DNA of 64,000 bases from Candidatus Bathyarchaeota archaeon (GTDB lineage: Archaea; Thermoproteota; Bathyarchaeia; Bathyarchaeales; Bathycorpusculaceae), in assembly GCA_963775465.1 (NCBI GenBank), contig CAVZIW010000009.1:1-64000 (forward strand), given 5' to 3'. Positions 1-11,167 of the stretch are shown here, piece by piece. The position numbers and the translations under genes are program-made. Every line of letters begins with the position of its first letter. Positions within the stretch are counted from its first letter, which is position 1. The notes beneath the pieces are model-generated. The model was not told where the DNA came from. It saw only the letters and a list, made by a program, of their open reading frames with translations, and did no database searches.

Positions 1-344
1 TTTTCGATTAGGTTTTGGAGGCTGTCGGTGATTTCTTTTACTCTTTGTTTGGCGTTTTCTTTTATTTTTTCTGGATTAGCGGCGGCGTAGATGTGGTAGT
101 AACCTCCGCCTTTGAGTCCGCGGGATTGTTTGTGGATCAGTCCTGCGCTTTGGAGTTTGGCAAGGACTCGGTGGGTTGAGCTGCGGTCTCTTTGTACGGA
201 TTCTGCGATTTGGTCTAGGGTTGCCCATTGATTTTTTGCAACTTGCAGGAAGATTTCGAGGTCTATGGGTTTGAGGTTGTACATGCAGCTTAGGAGGTCT
301 TGGCAGGTGGCTTCTTTTCTTGTTAGAAATTGAATGCTGTCCAT
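1..344 (-). CDS. TrmB-like winged-helix transcriptional regulator (COG3355-like), runs off the window start
   Basis: Manual translation from ATG at 344: MDSIQFLTRKEATCQDLLSCMYNLKPIDLEIF...TLDQIAESVQRDRSSTHRVLAKLQSAGLIHKQSRGLKGGGYYHIY. HTH plus GGYYHIY wing. Not in the ORF track. Confidence 0.8.
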   Translation of the reverse strand, partial: MDSIQFLTRKEATCQDLLSCMYNLKPIDLEIFLQVAKNQWATLDQIAESVQRDRSSTHRVLAKLQSAGLIHKQSRGLKGGGYYHIYAAANPEKIKENAKQRVKEITDSLQNLIE

Positions 345-450
345 GAGTTTTTATTTCAAGTTGCAACATATAAGTATTGTGTTGTTTTGACAATACCGTA
401 ACATATTTATCTAAAAGCCAATATAAACTATTTCAAAAAGGTAAGAAAAA

Positions 451-561
451 ATGCAGAAAAAACTTGAATGCCCCTTTGGAGTACCCGAAGAAGAATGTTG
501 CGGCAACCCCACCTGCAAAGCTCGGAAAGATTGGTTAAACGCACAAAAAGAGGTTTACTAA
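451..561 (+). CDS. Small Cys-rich peptide (36 aa)
   Basis: MQKKLECPFGVPEEECCGNPTCKARKDWLNAQKEVY*. AGGT upstream; stop overlaps the thioredoxin ATG (TAATG). Confidence 0.55.
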   Translation: MQKKLECPFGVPEEECCGNPTCKARKDWLNAQKEVY

Positions 562-995
562 TGAACATAAATCCATCGACTGATCCTGAGATAGAAAAAA
601 TCCAACAAAAAAAGATGGCAGAAATGCTAAAGCGAGCTCAAATGCAGTCAAACTCTAATGGATTAAGTAAGCCCATAATCTTAACTGACAGTAATTTTTC
701 AGCTGAAATTGCAAAGCACGACTTATTGGTTGTTGATTTTTGGGCACCATGGTGTGGTCCTTGTCGAATGGTAGGTCCAGTAATTGAGCAGCTAGCAGCG
801 GAATACTCAGGAAAAGTAACGTTTGGAAAGATGAATGTTGACGAAAACATAACTGTGCCCGGCAGTTTTAGAGTTATGAGTATCCCAACGATAATGGTCT
901 TCAATAATGGATGCCCTGTAGAAACAATTATTGGTGCATGCGCAAAATCCCACATCGAATCCAAGTTTAAGCCGTTCATGAAAAATAGCTTGTGA
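561..995 (+). CDS. trxA: Thioredoxin with N-terminal helical extension
   Basis: VVDFWAPWCGPC active site and SIPT motif. Likely start ATG 561 rather than 468. Confidence 0.93.
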   Translation: MNINPSTDPEIEKIQQKKMAEMLKRAQMQSNSNGLSKPIILTDSNFSAEIAKHDLLVVDFWAPWCGPCRMVGPVIEQLAAEYSGKVTFGKMNVDENITVPGSFRVMSIPTIMVFNNGCPVETIIGACAKSHIESKFKPFMKNSL

Positions 996-1008
996 GGTCA
1001 GCGAAACT

Positions 1009-1455
1009 TTGAGCGTTTCCGATAAAGAAAAAATAGAAGCTACAAAACCACTGATGCTTTTTGGAACCCTCACTCTATCTGTTTGGGTAACACTAGGGTC
1101 ACTCTCCATATGGCTAATTAACCCGTTGTTAGGATGGCTTTTCGCAGGTTTTTCAGCTTTCATTATCCTAATTATCATTAGAAGACTACTGTGCAATTCT
1201 TGCTATTACTGCAAGTCCTGTACCAAAGGGTTTGCTAAACTATCAAAACTTACCGTAGGGAGCAATCATATACCTGGAATAAGCAAAGGTTCCACAGGGG
1301 GAATGGCCGTTACTATGTACGTGATTCTCACAGGCATTCCTGTTACAGCACTTTTAAGCTCTATACTTAACAGTTTTGACACGGCCAAAATCTGTGTTAC
1401 TTTTAGCGATTTTGGCAGTCACCGCTTACACATTAATAGTTCGTGTAAGAAATAG
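1009..1455 (+). CDS. Membrane protein with CxxCxxCxxC motif, possibly frameshifted near the 3' end
   Basis: Hydrophobic helices flanking LCNSCYYCKSCTKG. Confidence 0.65.
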   Translation: MSVSDKEKIEATKPLMLFGTLTLSVWVTLGSLSIWLINPLLGWLFAGFSAFIILIIIRRLLCNSCYYCKSCTKGFAKLSKLTVGSNHIPGISKGSTGGMAVTMYVILTGIPVTALLSSILNSFDTAKICVTFSDFGSHRLHINSSCKK

Positions 1456-1485
1456 CTACTAAGAATTCACCCTTTTGGTAAGCAG

Positions 1486-1680
1486 ATGATGAAAGCCTAT
1501 GTTGAACCTGAAAAATGCATAAGATGTAGAGAATGTTCCGCAGTCAAAGGTTGTTCGATAAGAGCAATCTTTCGAATAAGCGTTGAAGATCCAACTGTTG
1601 TTGACCCTAAGCTTTGCCGTGGATGTGGAGATTGCATTGCAAAATGCCCAGTGAAAGCGGTCATTCTGAAAAACGGTTAA
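1486..1680 (+). CDS. 4Fe-4S dicluster ferredoxin
   Basis: CIRCRECSAVKGC and CRGCGDCIAKCP motifs. Confidence 0.9.
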   Translation: MMKAYVEPEKCIRCRECSAVKGCSIRAIFRISVEDPTVVDPKLCRGCGDCIAKCPVKAVILKNG

Positions 1681-1689
1681 TTTTCCTTT

Positions 1690-2340
1690 TTACTGTTGGA
1701 GTATGTGAGCAACTAATCGTTGTTCAGCTTTGCGCAAATGTTCTACAACCGTTGAATTCGCAAGACCAAGTCGATAACCCAGTTTTTCTGATGTTATTCT
1801 TCTCGGAATGTCATAATACCCTAGTTTGTGGGCTTCAAGTAATACCAGTCGCTGTTTTTCAGTTAGTAGATTAATCGGTGACGTGGGTGAAAAGTTTGCA
1901 TCTGCTAAAAGAGCCACCCTGTAATGTATTCCCATTAGTTCCATTCGTTTTAGGAAATCTTTGATTTGTTTTTCATTTCCGAGGAAAGAAAATTTTATTT
2001 TTCCATCTCCTATTGCCAAAGGGGGAAATAAGTATCCGCTTTCTACCCCTACAGAGTTTAGAACTGTAGATAGAGTTGGTCCCCCTCGCATGAAAACGAT
2101 GTATGACCCGTTTTTTTCTTTTTTCAACATTTGGGCTTCAACTAAGAATCCTCCGACAAGCAAATCCTCAACTTTAGATTCTGAATCTTTGAATTCCACT
2201 TGAGAAATTGCCGCGAATTCCTCTTGGTCTTGCCTTAGGAAGTAAAGCAGGTCAAGCGACTTTATCTTTTTAAACGGCGGTAATTCTATACCGACCTTGA
2301 CAAGCTCTTTTTCTGAGACTTCCAGAATCAATCTTCGCAT
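1690..2340 (-). CDS. Bacterio-opsin-activator-type HTH (HTH_10) regulator
   Basis: C-terminal LTEKQRLVLLEAHKLGYYDIPRRITSEKLG...STVVEHLRKAE. Start taken at MRRLILE (2340). Confidence 0.88.
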   Translation of the reverse strand: MRRLILEVSEKELVKVGIELPPFKKIKSLDLLYFLRQDQEEFAAISQVEFKDSESKVEDLLVGGFLVEAQMLKKEKNGSYIVFMRGGPTLSTVLNSVGVESGYLFPPLAIGDGKIKFSFLGNEKQIKDFLKRMELMGIHYRVALLADANFSPTSPINLLTEKQRLVLLEAHKLGYYDIPRRITSEKLGYRLGLANSTVVEHLRKAEQRLVAHILQQ

Positions 2341-2513
2341 ATAACGAATGTTAATTCGGTGTAGGATATACCTTCCTAAAGCCGAATATACTCGGTACAA
2401 CCTATATCCACTAGAACACCTTCTAAGGGTCGCTAAAATCAGCTTTAGGTCATTTCATAATTCAATCGGGAGACTAGAACACGACTCAAAATAAAGTTAA
2501 CTCATTTGAAAGA

Positions 2514-5500
2514 TTGGGCAAATTCATTACAAAGCGAAAATTCGCGATAATTGCTACTTGGATTCTACTCTTAGCAATTATTTTGCCGGTGATATTGACA
2601 GCTTCAGGTGTAACCTCACTGCAGTTTGGCTCTTCATCGGACAGTAGCCTTGAGTCAAGCAAAGCAGAAGATATAATATCTGCACAATTCCAGAATTCTG
2701 TATCCAATGATTCACTTATTATTGTAATATCCACGGATAATGCTTCATCTATTAATACTCAACTTTTTATTGACGAGTTAGCCAACCAAATCAATTCAAA
2801 CTCCAGCGTAACTGGAGTTGAAAACATTACCAGTGTCTATTCAATTCTAATACCCATCCTTAATCAAACAAACCAAGGCATTTACTTCGCCTATAACAAT
2901 GCAAACTTAACCTACAATCTGCTTTACAGCGTCCCAGCCATTTACTCAAATGTATGGTTTAATGCTTACAATGAAACAAAAAACGGTCAGCTGTCACCTG
3001 GACTCAACCAAACAAATCAAGCCGCTTATGCTCTAGTTGACAACGCAAACTTAACCTACAATCTACTCTACGGTGTTCCAGCCATTTTCTTAAATGTGTG
3101 GGGACAAACATATCAACAGACCCAAAACATCGAGACAGCTAACCAGGTTGCTTATCAACAAACGGCAACAACGTTGTCTCAAACGGATCCTGAATCTTAC
3201 AGTGCTTATACCTCACAATTGCTCAGTGCATTCAATACTACATGGGTTCTGAGCTTTCAAGATCCATCAACTCAGGCGTTTACACCACAAGAACGCGCTT
3301 CATATGCTTCGAAAATAACTAACCAACAATACATTGATGCTTTCTTTGCCACAAACGTAACTGAGAAAGCTTTCGCCACTGCATTGACAAACACCTTCAC
3401 TCTAAACGATTTTCTGAGCAATACGCAGGACCAAAATAACGCAGCGCTTCAGGCTTTTTCCGTTCAATATTTAGCTAACCAGTCTGGCTCTTCAATTGAG
3501 TTTATCAACGCTGCATATAATCTTGGAAAAAACCCAACTGCAACCGAGCTAAACAACCTATCTGACAATATAATTTGGTATTCAACCAACTACGAAATGG
3601 ATTCATTCATACAATTGTTTAATGAAATATCCTACAATCAAACTAGAACTATCTTAAAAGATGCCGATGAATTATCTTTTAACGATTACACTTCACATTT
3701 GTTAGACTTATTTGACGCTGCATGGGTAACTAGAATTCCAAGCGCCCCAGCCCAAAATTGGATCAACCAAACTGCTTCATCAGCGTCAAATATCGCTAAC
3801 AACCAGTTCATTAACGCTTATTTTAGCGATCAAAAAGACTTCACAGAAGCTGTCACTCAAACATTCACGTTACAAGACTTCTTGAAATCAAATACAACTG
3901 ACACAAACGCCAAGCTAAAAGATTTAGCGATTGGTTACGTTTCAAATTCTTCCGACTTATCCAAAGAACTGGTTGCAGCCATATATAACATGGGCGAAAA
4001 CGCAACAAATAGCGCCCTGCAAACTTTGGCATCAAACATCATTTGGGATCCGAACGAATTTAACATCGGTGAACAGTTCGATTCTTTAATTACTGGATTT
4101 GTTTCCCCTTCAAAAGATGTAACTCTTATCTCAATTACCTTCAAAAACTCAAACGAAACTAACGTTGTTACAATAAGAAATATAATAGCTGAAAGATTAG
4201 CTCAAAACCCCCAAGAAATCATTTCTGCTCAAGTCACCGGCTCTGATGCGCTCAATTATGATTTTGGAAAATCCACCACTGCTGATTTAGAACTTATTCT
4301 ACCGATTACGATTGCCCTTCTGATAATCGCTACAGGTCTTTTTTTCCGTTCCATAATTACTCCAATTATTACATTGGGAACTATTGGAATAGGTTTAGGG
4401 GTCTCACAGATATTCCCGTATTTAGTTAGCACCTACATTAATCCGGTTGATTACACTGTGAACACAGTACTTCTCACTGTGCTTATTGGTGTGGGAACAG
4501 ATTACAGTATATTCATAATAGCTCGGCATAGGGAAGAACGAATTAACGGTTTACCTGTCTTTGAGGCTATAAAGAAGTCGATTACTTGGGCAGGCGAAAG
4601 TATAGTTACAAGCGGTGCCACCGTTATCATATCATTCCTTGCGCTTGCAACGACCTCGATAATTCTACTTCAATCTATGGGTTTGGTAGTAGGTTTAGGA
4701 GTCATTGTAACGTTACTCGCTTCTCTAACCTTCGCCCCGGCTTTAACGGTCATTCTTGGTGACAGAATCTTTTGGCCGAACTCTGGAGAACGTTTCCAGC
4801 GGTACGCCAAAGGAATTCTTGCGAAAAACGCCCGAAGGGGTGGCTACTTTGCTAGAAGCGGAGCCTTCTCAGTGAAACATGGCAAAGCACTCATAATTGT
4901 AGCCGTTCTCGTAACTTTGCCTTTGTTCTACATCTATGCAACAACAACGCCCTCCTACGATATGCTTGGTAGCGCCTCAAACAGTTTGGAGTCAATAGCG
5001 GGCTCCAATGCTTTAACTGATTCTTTCGGCGGAGGAAGACTCATGCCTACATATGTTGTGGTTACGTTTTCTTCACCACTTGTTGATAATGGAACTTTCA
5101 ACTTCGACGAAATGTCTACTGTTCAAAACATATCCACGTTAGTTGCCGATCATAAAAGCATACAGGAAGTAACAGGACCAACTATGCCATTTGGTCAAGC
5201 AGTAGATTACCAAACTATAACGAATGCTTCAGATACGAACACATACAACAGCATGCTAGGCGCCATAGGCAAAGATAATCAGTCAGCTCTAATTACCGTG
5301 AGATTCCATATAGATCCATATTCTTCTCAAGCAATCAACATTGCCCAAGATATCCGAACAAACTTGCATGAAAACTATGACAATGCACCTAACGTTACTG
5401 GCATTTATTTGGGTGGAACAACAGGTGGCATACTAGATACCAAAGACACATTCCAAAACCAGTTCAATTCTATTCTTCCCATCGTCGCATTAGGCGTTGG

Positions 5501-6017
5501 AGTGGTGCTTTTCCTCGTTTTAGGATCAATTATCCTACCCGTTTTTGCGGTAATTTCTGTACTAATGAGCATTGTTTGGACTTTAGCCATCACTATACTC
5601 CTTTTCCAGTCAGCATTCAACTACGGCTTGCTATTCATAACACCATTAGTACTTTTCGTACTTCTTCTGGGCTTAGGAATGGATTATAACATCTTTATCC
5701 TCACTCGAATACGCGAAGAAGCCGCCAAAGGACAAAATCTAAACGAAGCCATCATTCACGCAATACAACAAACTGGTGGAATCATTACTGCGGCAGCTAT
5801 AATTTTAGCAGGCTCACTTGGAGCCTTGATGTTATCAAGTAACCTTATGCTACGTGAAATGGGGTTTGCCTTTGCCTTCAGCATTCTTATAGATGCAATT
5901 ATTGTGCGAACTTATCTGGTGCCTGCGGTTATGTCAACATTTGGAAGATGGAACTGGTACAACCCGATAAAACGCCTAAGACGACTAAAAGACATAACAC
6001 AAGAAAAGACACAGTGA
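2514..6017 (+). CDS. MMPL/RND-family transporter with large extracytoplasmic domain
   Basis: Two TM bundles with GVGTDYSIFIIARHREE and GLGMDYNIFILTRIREE motifs. Confidence 0.92.
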   Translation: MGKFITKRKFAIIATWILLLAIILPVILTASGVTSLQFGSSSDSSLESSKAEDIISAQFQNSVSNDSLIIVISTDNASSINTQLFIDELANQINSNSSVTGVENITSVYSILIPILNQTNQGIYFAYNNANLTYNLLYSVPAIYSNVWFNAYNETKNGQLSPGLNQTNQAAYALVDNANLTYNLLYGVPAIFLNVWGQTYQQTQNIETANQVAYQQTATTLSQTDPESYSAYTSQLLSAFNTTWVLSFQDPSTQAFTPQERASYASKITNQQYIDAFFATNVTEKAFATALTNTFTLNDFLSNTQDQNNAALQAFSVQYLANQSGSSIEFINAAYNLGKNPTATELNNLSDNIIWYSTNYEMDSFIQLFNEISYNQTRTILKDADELSFNDYTSHLLDLFDAAWVTRIPSAPAQNWINQTASSASNIANNQFINAYFSDQKDFTEAVTQTFTLQDFLKSNTTDTNAKLKDLAIGYVSNSSDLSKELVAAIYNMGENATNSALQTLASNIIWDPNEFNIGEQFDSLITGFVSPSKDVTLISITFKNSNETNVVTIRNIIAERLAQNPQEIISAQVTGSDALNYDFGKSTTADLELILPITIALLIIATGLFFRSIITPIITLGTIGIGLGVSQIFPYLVSTYINPVDYTVNTVLLTVLIGVGTDYSIFIIARHREERINGLPVFEAIKKSITWAGESIVTSGATVIISFLALATTSIILLQSMGLVVGLGVIVTLLASLTFAPALTVILGDRIFWPNSGERFQRYAKGILAKNARRGGYFARSGAFSVKHGKALIIVAVLVTLPLFYIYATTTPSYDMLGSASNSLESIAGSNALTDSFGGGRLMPTYVVVTFSSPLVDNGTFNFDEMSTVQNISTLVADHKSIQEVTGPTMPFGQAVDYQTITNASDTNTYNSMLGAIGKDNQSALITVRFHIDPYSSQAINIAQDIRTNLHENYDNAPNVTGIYLGGTTGGILDTKDTFQNQFNSILPIVALGVGVVLFLVLGSIILPVFAVISVLMSIVWTLAITILLFQSAFNYGLLFITPLVLFVLLLGLGMDYNIFILTRIREEAAKGQNLNEAIIHAIQQTGGIITAAAIILAGSLGALMLSSNLMLREMGFAFAFSILIDAIIVRTYLVPAVMSTFGRWNWYNPIKRLRRLKDITQEKTQ

Positions 6018-6026
6018 AATTGATTC

Positions 6027-8549
6027 TCAATTCTTGATTTTCTTTCTTATCTGAATGACTGCAATTGTAAGAATTAACAGCACTATTGCAATAAGAATGA
6101 AAGTTGGTATTTCGGGAACCGCTGGAGGTTCACTAGTTTGTGATTCGTTGGGAGAAGGGCTGACTATTTGGAATGGAGATAGAGTAGGTTGCAGAATGTT
6201 TGTTGGTTCAGGCGATGAGTTTGGAGATCCTGTTTGTGTTGGAGGCGGTATTTGTGTTAGAGATGTTGGAAGTGGAGTCTCAGTTGGAGTAAAACTTGGC
6301 GTCACAGTTGAAGTGGGAGTTGGAGACGACATTGGTTGCAGGGATTGAAGATTTACTATGCAACTATTGGAAGAGACTAACCCTGCATTATCCTTGAATT
6401 GAACCATAACTGTTTTTTCACCATCTTCTCCCTGCAGACTCCACGTTTTTGAAGTTGAATATGGTTCCCAATCTGACCAGATGAAGTTGTCGTTGGAGAA
6501 CCGCATCTGAAATACTCCTGATGTGGCATCTGTTGCGGATAGTGAAAGAGTTATTTCAGGTACTACAGTTTTAGGGGCTGCAATAACAAAACCTGTGGGA
6601 GCTGTCTTATCTAGTTGTATTCCACTGATAGTGTAGTGCAAAAGTTCCAGTGTTTCTTGTCCAAAAGGAATCCATGAGCTCCAATACTCGAGTGTGCTGT
6701 TTTTTCCTTCAATTGTTATTGTGGGTTGGTCATTGCTCGTAATGTTCTGAATTTTGCCGTCATTGATTCTGTAGAACGTTTCATTTACGTTGTAATCAGG
6801 TATCAAGTTTATTGTAAAATCAGAGGTGTGCCATCCTTCGATATAATCGTTGATTAAGGTCGGCAGACGTGTTAAGTTTAAGGAAAAAAGAGTAGTATCA
6901 TCATAAATTTTTAAACAGTGTGATCCCGCTGTTGTTTGGGGAACCTGAATTGTTGTATTAAAAAAGCCATTTTCATCTGTCGCAGTTGTTTCCAAACGGG
7001 TTGTATCCCACCACAAAGAAATTAAGCCTGGGCTAAACCATTTTCCGCTGACGGGAATTAAGTCGCCATTTTGAACAAAAAGAGTTGTGGACAAATCTGT
7101 ATTGTTGCCGAAAATACCTTGGGCAGTTATATTGCCAATTTGTGATAATCCCCGCCGCATCTCCATATATGGAACAGTTGAGTTGTAAGATCTACTGGTA
7201 TTGTTGTCTTGGGCGCTAAAAATAATGTTGTCAAATAAGGCTGAACTGTCGCCTTCAAGGTTGTTTTGCGCTAACTCAGGAGCATTTAGTGTGTAAATGA
7301 AGTTTTCTGTTACAGTTTGCAGGTCGTTAATTATTGGTTTCCAAGTTGAGTTTATTGGGTTCAGATAAGAGATATTAACTGAGCCTTGTGCAGTGAACCC
7401 GATTCCTATAAGATTTATAGTTCCGTTTCCAGGTCCTGAAGTTGGAGATACTTCAAAGGATGTGCCGAATTTGAATGCTAAAGGACTACCTAAACCGGTA
7501 ACATAATCGTATCCTGGAATTGCGTCGAAACCATTTGAACCTGAAGTTATGTCTCTGAAATACGATGAATATGCTGATTTGGCCTTTTGGTATAAGTTGT
7601 TATTGGTTGATGAAAGCCCTATAGCGTGAATTGCTGCCCATTGTGGAGCACCTGCACTGGTGCCACCGATGATATACCATGAACCGTTATAATATGCTGA
7701 AACTCCACTGCTTGGGTCAGCATTGTAAGAAACATCGGGGACACACCGCATCGGATTTGTTATTCCGTATTCTTTTTGGTAATCAGGGCTATTTTCATAG
7801 AGACTTGGTCCGCCTCCACTAAGACTCCATCCAATTTCAGATGCAAATGTACCGTCTTCGTTAAAGGCGAGTTTGGTTCCACCTACGGCCACAACATTCG
7901 GGGAAGTAGCAGGATAAACAGCTGTTTTATTGTCTCCAGAGGCTGCAAAGAAAACAACACCGGGTTCGATAAAATGATTGTCACGGTAAACTTCTTGATC
8001 GTATTCGGGTCCACCCCAACTCATAGAAACAGCAACAACGCCTGGAATGTTTGATGCAAAATCAACCGCATCATAAAGAGAATGACCTTCATTGTCGACA
8101 GCTTCCACCAACATTATTGTGGCATTTGGAGCAATCGCATGCGCCCACTCAACATCCAGACAAGTTTCCTGCCCCCAACCTGTATCAGTTTCGATGGTTC
8201 CAGGCATCTTGTATACAATAAAGTTTCCAGTGCTGTTGTCGGGTAAATTGTATTCATGTGAAAAAGAATTGAAATCATTCAGTACAGTTGGTGTATCATA
8301 AGCGTCCACTATAGCGATAATGGTGCCAGCCCCGCCTTCTGAAGGCAAATTATAGGCCATTCTTATTTGATCAGGTTCCAACCCTTGAGGGTGGCTTGTG
8401 CCTCCTGCAAGGTGGGTAATGTGCATGGGATAAGCTACCCAATCCTCATCCGGTTGCTCCGCTGAAATTAGCCCACAAGGGAGAAAAGCAACAGTAAGAA
8501 ATAGGCAAATAGCGAACACGAAAAATTTGGGGTTGCTTATTTTTTTCAC
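6027..8549 (-). CDS. S53 (sedolisin/kumamolisin) serine peptidase, secreted, with Pro/Thr linker and PEF-CTERM-like anchor
   Basis: ETCLDVEWAHAIAP, SMSWG, ASGD, GGTSAGAP and GYDYVTGLGSP motifs. Signal peptide; C-terminal VPEIP + TM + basic tail. Confidence 0.9.
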   Translation of the reverse strand: MKKISNPKFFVFAICLFLTVAFLPCGLISAEQPDEDWVAYPMHITHLAGGTSHPQGLEPDQIRMAYNLPSEGGAGTIIAIVDAYDTPTVLNDFNSFSHEYNLPDNSTGNFIVYKMPGTIETDTGWGQETCLDVEWAHAIAPNATIMLVEAVDNEGHSLYDAVDFASNIPGVVAVSMSWGGPEYDQEVYRDNHFIEPGVVFFAASGDNKTAVYPATSPNVVAVGGTKLAFNEDGTFASEIGWSLSGGGPSLYENSPDYQKEYGITNPMRCVPDVSYNADPSSGVSAYYNGSWYIIGGTSAGAPQWAAIHAIGLSSTNNNLYQKAKSAYSSYFRDITSGSNGFDAIPGYDYVTGLGSPLAFKFGTSFEVSPTSGPGNGTINLIGIGFTAQGSVNISYLNPINSTWKPIINDLQTVTENFIYTLNAPELAQNNLEGDSSALFDNIIFSAQDNNTSRSYNSTVPYMEMRRGLSQIGNITAQGIFGNNTDLSTTLFVQNGDLIPVSGKWFSPGLISLWWDTTRLETTATDENGFFNTTIQVPQTTAGSHCLKIYDDTTLFSLNLTRLPTLINDYIEGWHTSDFTINLIPDYNVNETFYRINDGKIQNITSNDQPTITIEGKNSTLEYWSSWIPFGQETLELLHYTISGIQLDKTAPTGFVIAAPKTVVPEITLSLSATDATSGVFQMRFSNDNFIWSDWEPYSTSKTWSLQGEDGEKTVMVQFKDNAGLVSSNSCIVNLQSLQPMSSPTPTSTVTPSFTPTETPLPTSLTQIPPPTQTGSPNSSPEPTNILQPTLSPFQIVSPSPNESQTSEPPAVPEIPTFILIAIVLLILTIAVIQIRKKIKN

Positions 8550-8750
8550 TCTAACCCATTCTTTGTTGTTTATAACGTCTTAAGTTATAAATAATCTGTT
8601 TTTCAAGTATTATATTCCTGTTAAATCACTAAGGCAATTAGCAAAAACTCTGTAGACCATGATGTAATGCCGCTCTTAAAATACCGGTTAAGGAATGAAA
8701 CAAGAAACATCCAAGCCTTAGCTTTTTCATTAATATTTGAATTGATAAGT

Positions 8751-11167
8751 ATGAATAGAAATCAGACCTCCGATGACTTCAAAACTCTAACAACAGATGA
8801 GACTTTAAACCGATTAAAGAGCAATCCTGTTGACAGGCTTAACAAAAAAAGAAGTAAAACTAAGAATTGAACGATATGGTCCTAATGCAGTAGAGGAAAA
8901 GCAACAAAGTCTGGTAATTGCTTTTTTGAAACGTTTTTGGGGTTTAACTGCTTGGATGCTTGAAATAGCAATTGTAATATCATTTATTTTAGGTAACTAT
9001 TTAGACTTATACATTATAACGGCTTTGCTGTTAGTAAATGCTCTTTTAGGATTTTTTCAGGAGCAACAAGCAACAAGAGCGGTAAAAGCGCTCAAACAGA
9101 AGCTGCAAGTCCAAGCAAGGGTACTAAGAGACGGATTATGGTCAACAATTAATGCTGCAGAGTTAGTTCCCGGCGACATTATTCGCATAAGGTCAGGAGA
9201 TCTTGTGCCTTCAGACTTTAAGATCATTGATGCGGAGACCACGGTAGATCAGTCAGCAATTACTGGTGAATCTATGCCTCTTGAAAAGAAAAAAAGTGAC
9301 CTTGTCTTTTCTGGTTCGATGATACGAAGAGGGGAAGCCACAGGGGTTGTGACTTCTACCGGTGCTCACACATATTTTGGCAAAACAACACAATTGGTTC
9401 AGCTAGCTAAACCAAAATTGCACATGGAAACCGTCATTTCGGGATTAATGAAGTGGCTTCTAATTTTAGTCGTTGTTTTGCTGTCAGTGGCGTTTTCTGT
9501 GTCGTGGATACGTGGCTTGAACCTGTTGGTTATGTTATCTTTGGCGTTAATTTTGTTAGTGTCAGCCATACCCGTTGCTCTCCCCACCATGTTCACAATT
9601 ACTATGGCACTAGGATCACAGGAACTCGCAAAGAAAGGAGTCTTGGTTACACGCCTCAGCGCTTCCGAAGATGCTGCTCTTATGGATGTTTTATGCGTTG
9701 ACAAAACAGGAACGCTGACCATAAACATGCTAAAGATAGTCGAGGTATTAGAAATTAATAACTTCACAAAAGATGACGTTGTTTTATTTGGCGCTTTAGC
9801 GTCTCAAAAAGCAAACCAAGACCCTATCGACATGGCTTTTCTGGCAGCAGCCCAAGAAAGAAAACTTCCCTTAGATGATTATACGCAAAAGAAATTCATT
9901 CCGTTTGATCCAACAACTAGGAGAACGGAGGCAGCGTCTGAAGAAAGATGGAAATGAACTTCGTGTCGCCAAAGGCGCGGTGGCAATACTAGCGCCGATG
10001 TCTGGAATCGACAAGAAAAAACTTGCCGATTTAGAAACAAAAATGGAAGCCTTCGCTAGCAAGGGATACCGAATTATCGCAGTTGCCGTAAGCCAACAAG
10101 AGGCGAAAATGCAACTCGCTGGCTTAGTGGCACTATATGACCCGCCTCGACCTGACTCTGCAAAAATCATAGCTAAATTACGTGCCTTTGGGATATCAGT
10201 CAAAATGCTTACAGGAGATTCGCTGCCAATTGCGAAACAGGTGGCTGAAGAGGTTAATTTAGGCACCAAAATAGCAAGAGCTCCAGAAATCAAAAAGACT
10301 GCAAACACAGATGCAATTGTTGCGACAGAGATAGTTGAAAATAGCGATGGATTCGCAGAAATTTACCCTGAAGGCAAATACCAAATTGTAAAAGCCCTGC
10401 AGTCTGAAAGGCACGTGGTTGGTATGACGGGAGATGGCGTGAATGATTCCCCAGCTCTAAAGCAAGCTGAAGTTGGAATCGCCGTGAGTAATGCAACAGA
10501 TGTTGCAAAGGGTGCGGCAAGCGTAGTTCTTACAGAACCAGGATTAGCAAACATTCTTAGTCTCGTAATTTCAGGAAGAATGATCTATCAAAGAATCTTA
10601 ACCTGGATATTTAACAAAATTGTGAAGACATTCCAGATCGTAGTGTTTGTTGTCCTATCATTTCTTTTTACTGGACTATTCGTTGTCAATGCCTTTCAGG
10701 TTGTATTGTTACTATTTTTAGTTGATTTTGTGACTATTTCACTTGCTACGGATAATACTAGGCCTTCAGAGACGCCTGAAACATGGAACATAGCTTCGCT
10801 TCTTAAGGCGTCGATTATCTTAGGCGTTTTTATTGTTGCTGAATCCTTTGGACTACTGTACTTAGGGTTAACATACTTGAACCTTTCAAATACACCTCAA
10901 TTAAACACGTTTGTCTTTGATATTCTGCTATTTGGTGGGCTGTTCACAATTTTTGTGGTACGAGAAAGAGGCAATTTCTGGAAATCAAGACCTAGTAAAC
11001 CCCTTTTGATTGCAGTTTTTGTCGATATAGTAGTCTCTTCGCTATTATCAGTTGTTGGTATACCTGGATTGGCTCCAATACCACTACTTTACGTAGTAAT
11101 AGTTTTAGGTTGGTTCTTTGTTTTTGGAATTTTGTTAAATGACCAAATAAAGAAGAGATTAGTTTAA
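8751..11167 (+). CDS. Plasma-membrane proton-efflux P-type ATPase (P3A) with two apparent frameshifts (~8830-8850, ~9950)
   Basis: TGES, IPVALP, DKTGTLT, DPIDMA, AKGA, DPPR, MLTGD and TGDGVNDSPALK motifs spread over three ORF pieces. Confidence 0.88.

Noticed and set aside
76-393. 105-aa Arg/Pro-rich ORF in the track
   Set aside because: It is an alternate frame of the real TrmB-like gene (ATG 344) that runs off the window.
8751-11167. Programmed frameshifting or a split P-type ATPase
   Set aside because: The breaks fall inside a normally single-chain family, one beside an A8 run. Sequencing error or mutation is simpler.
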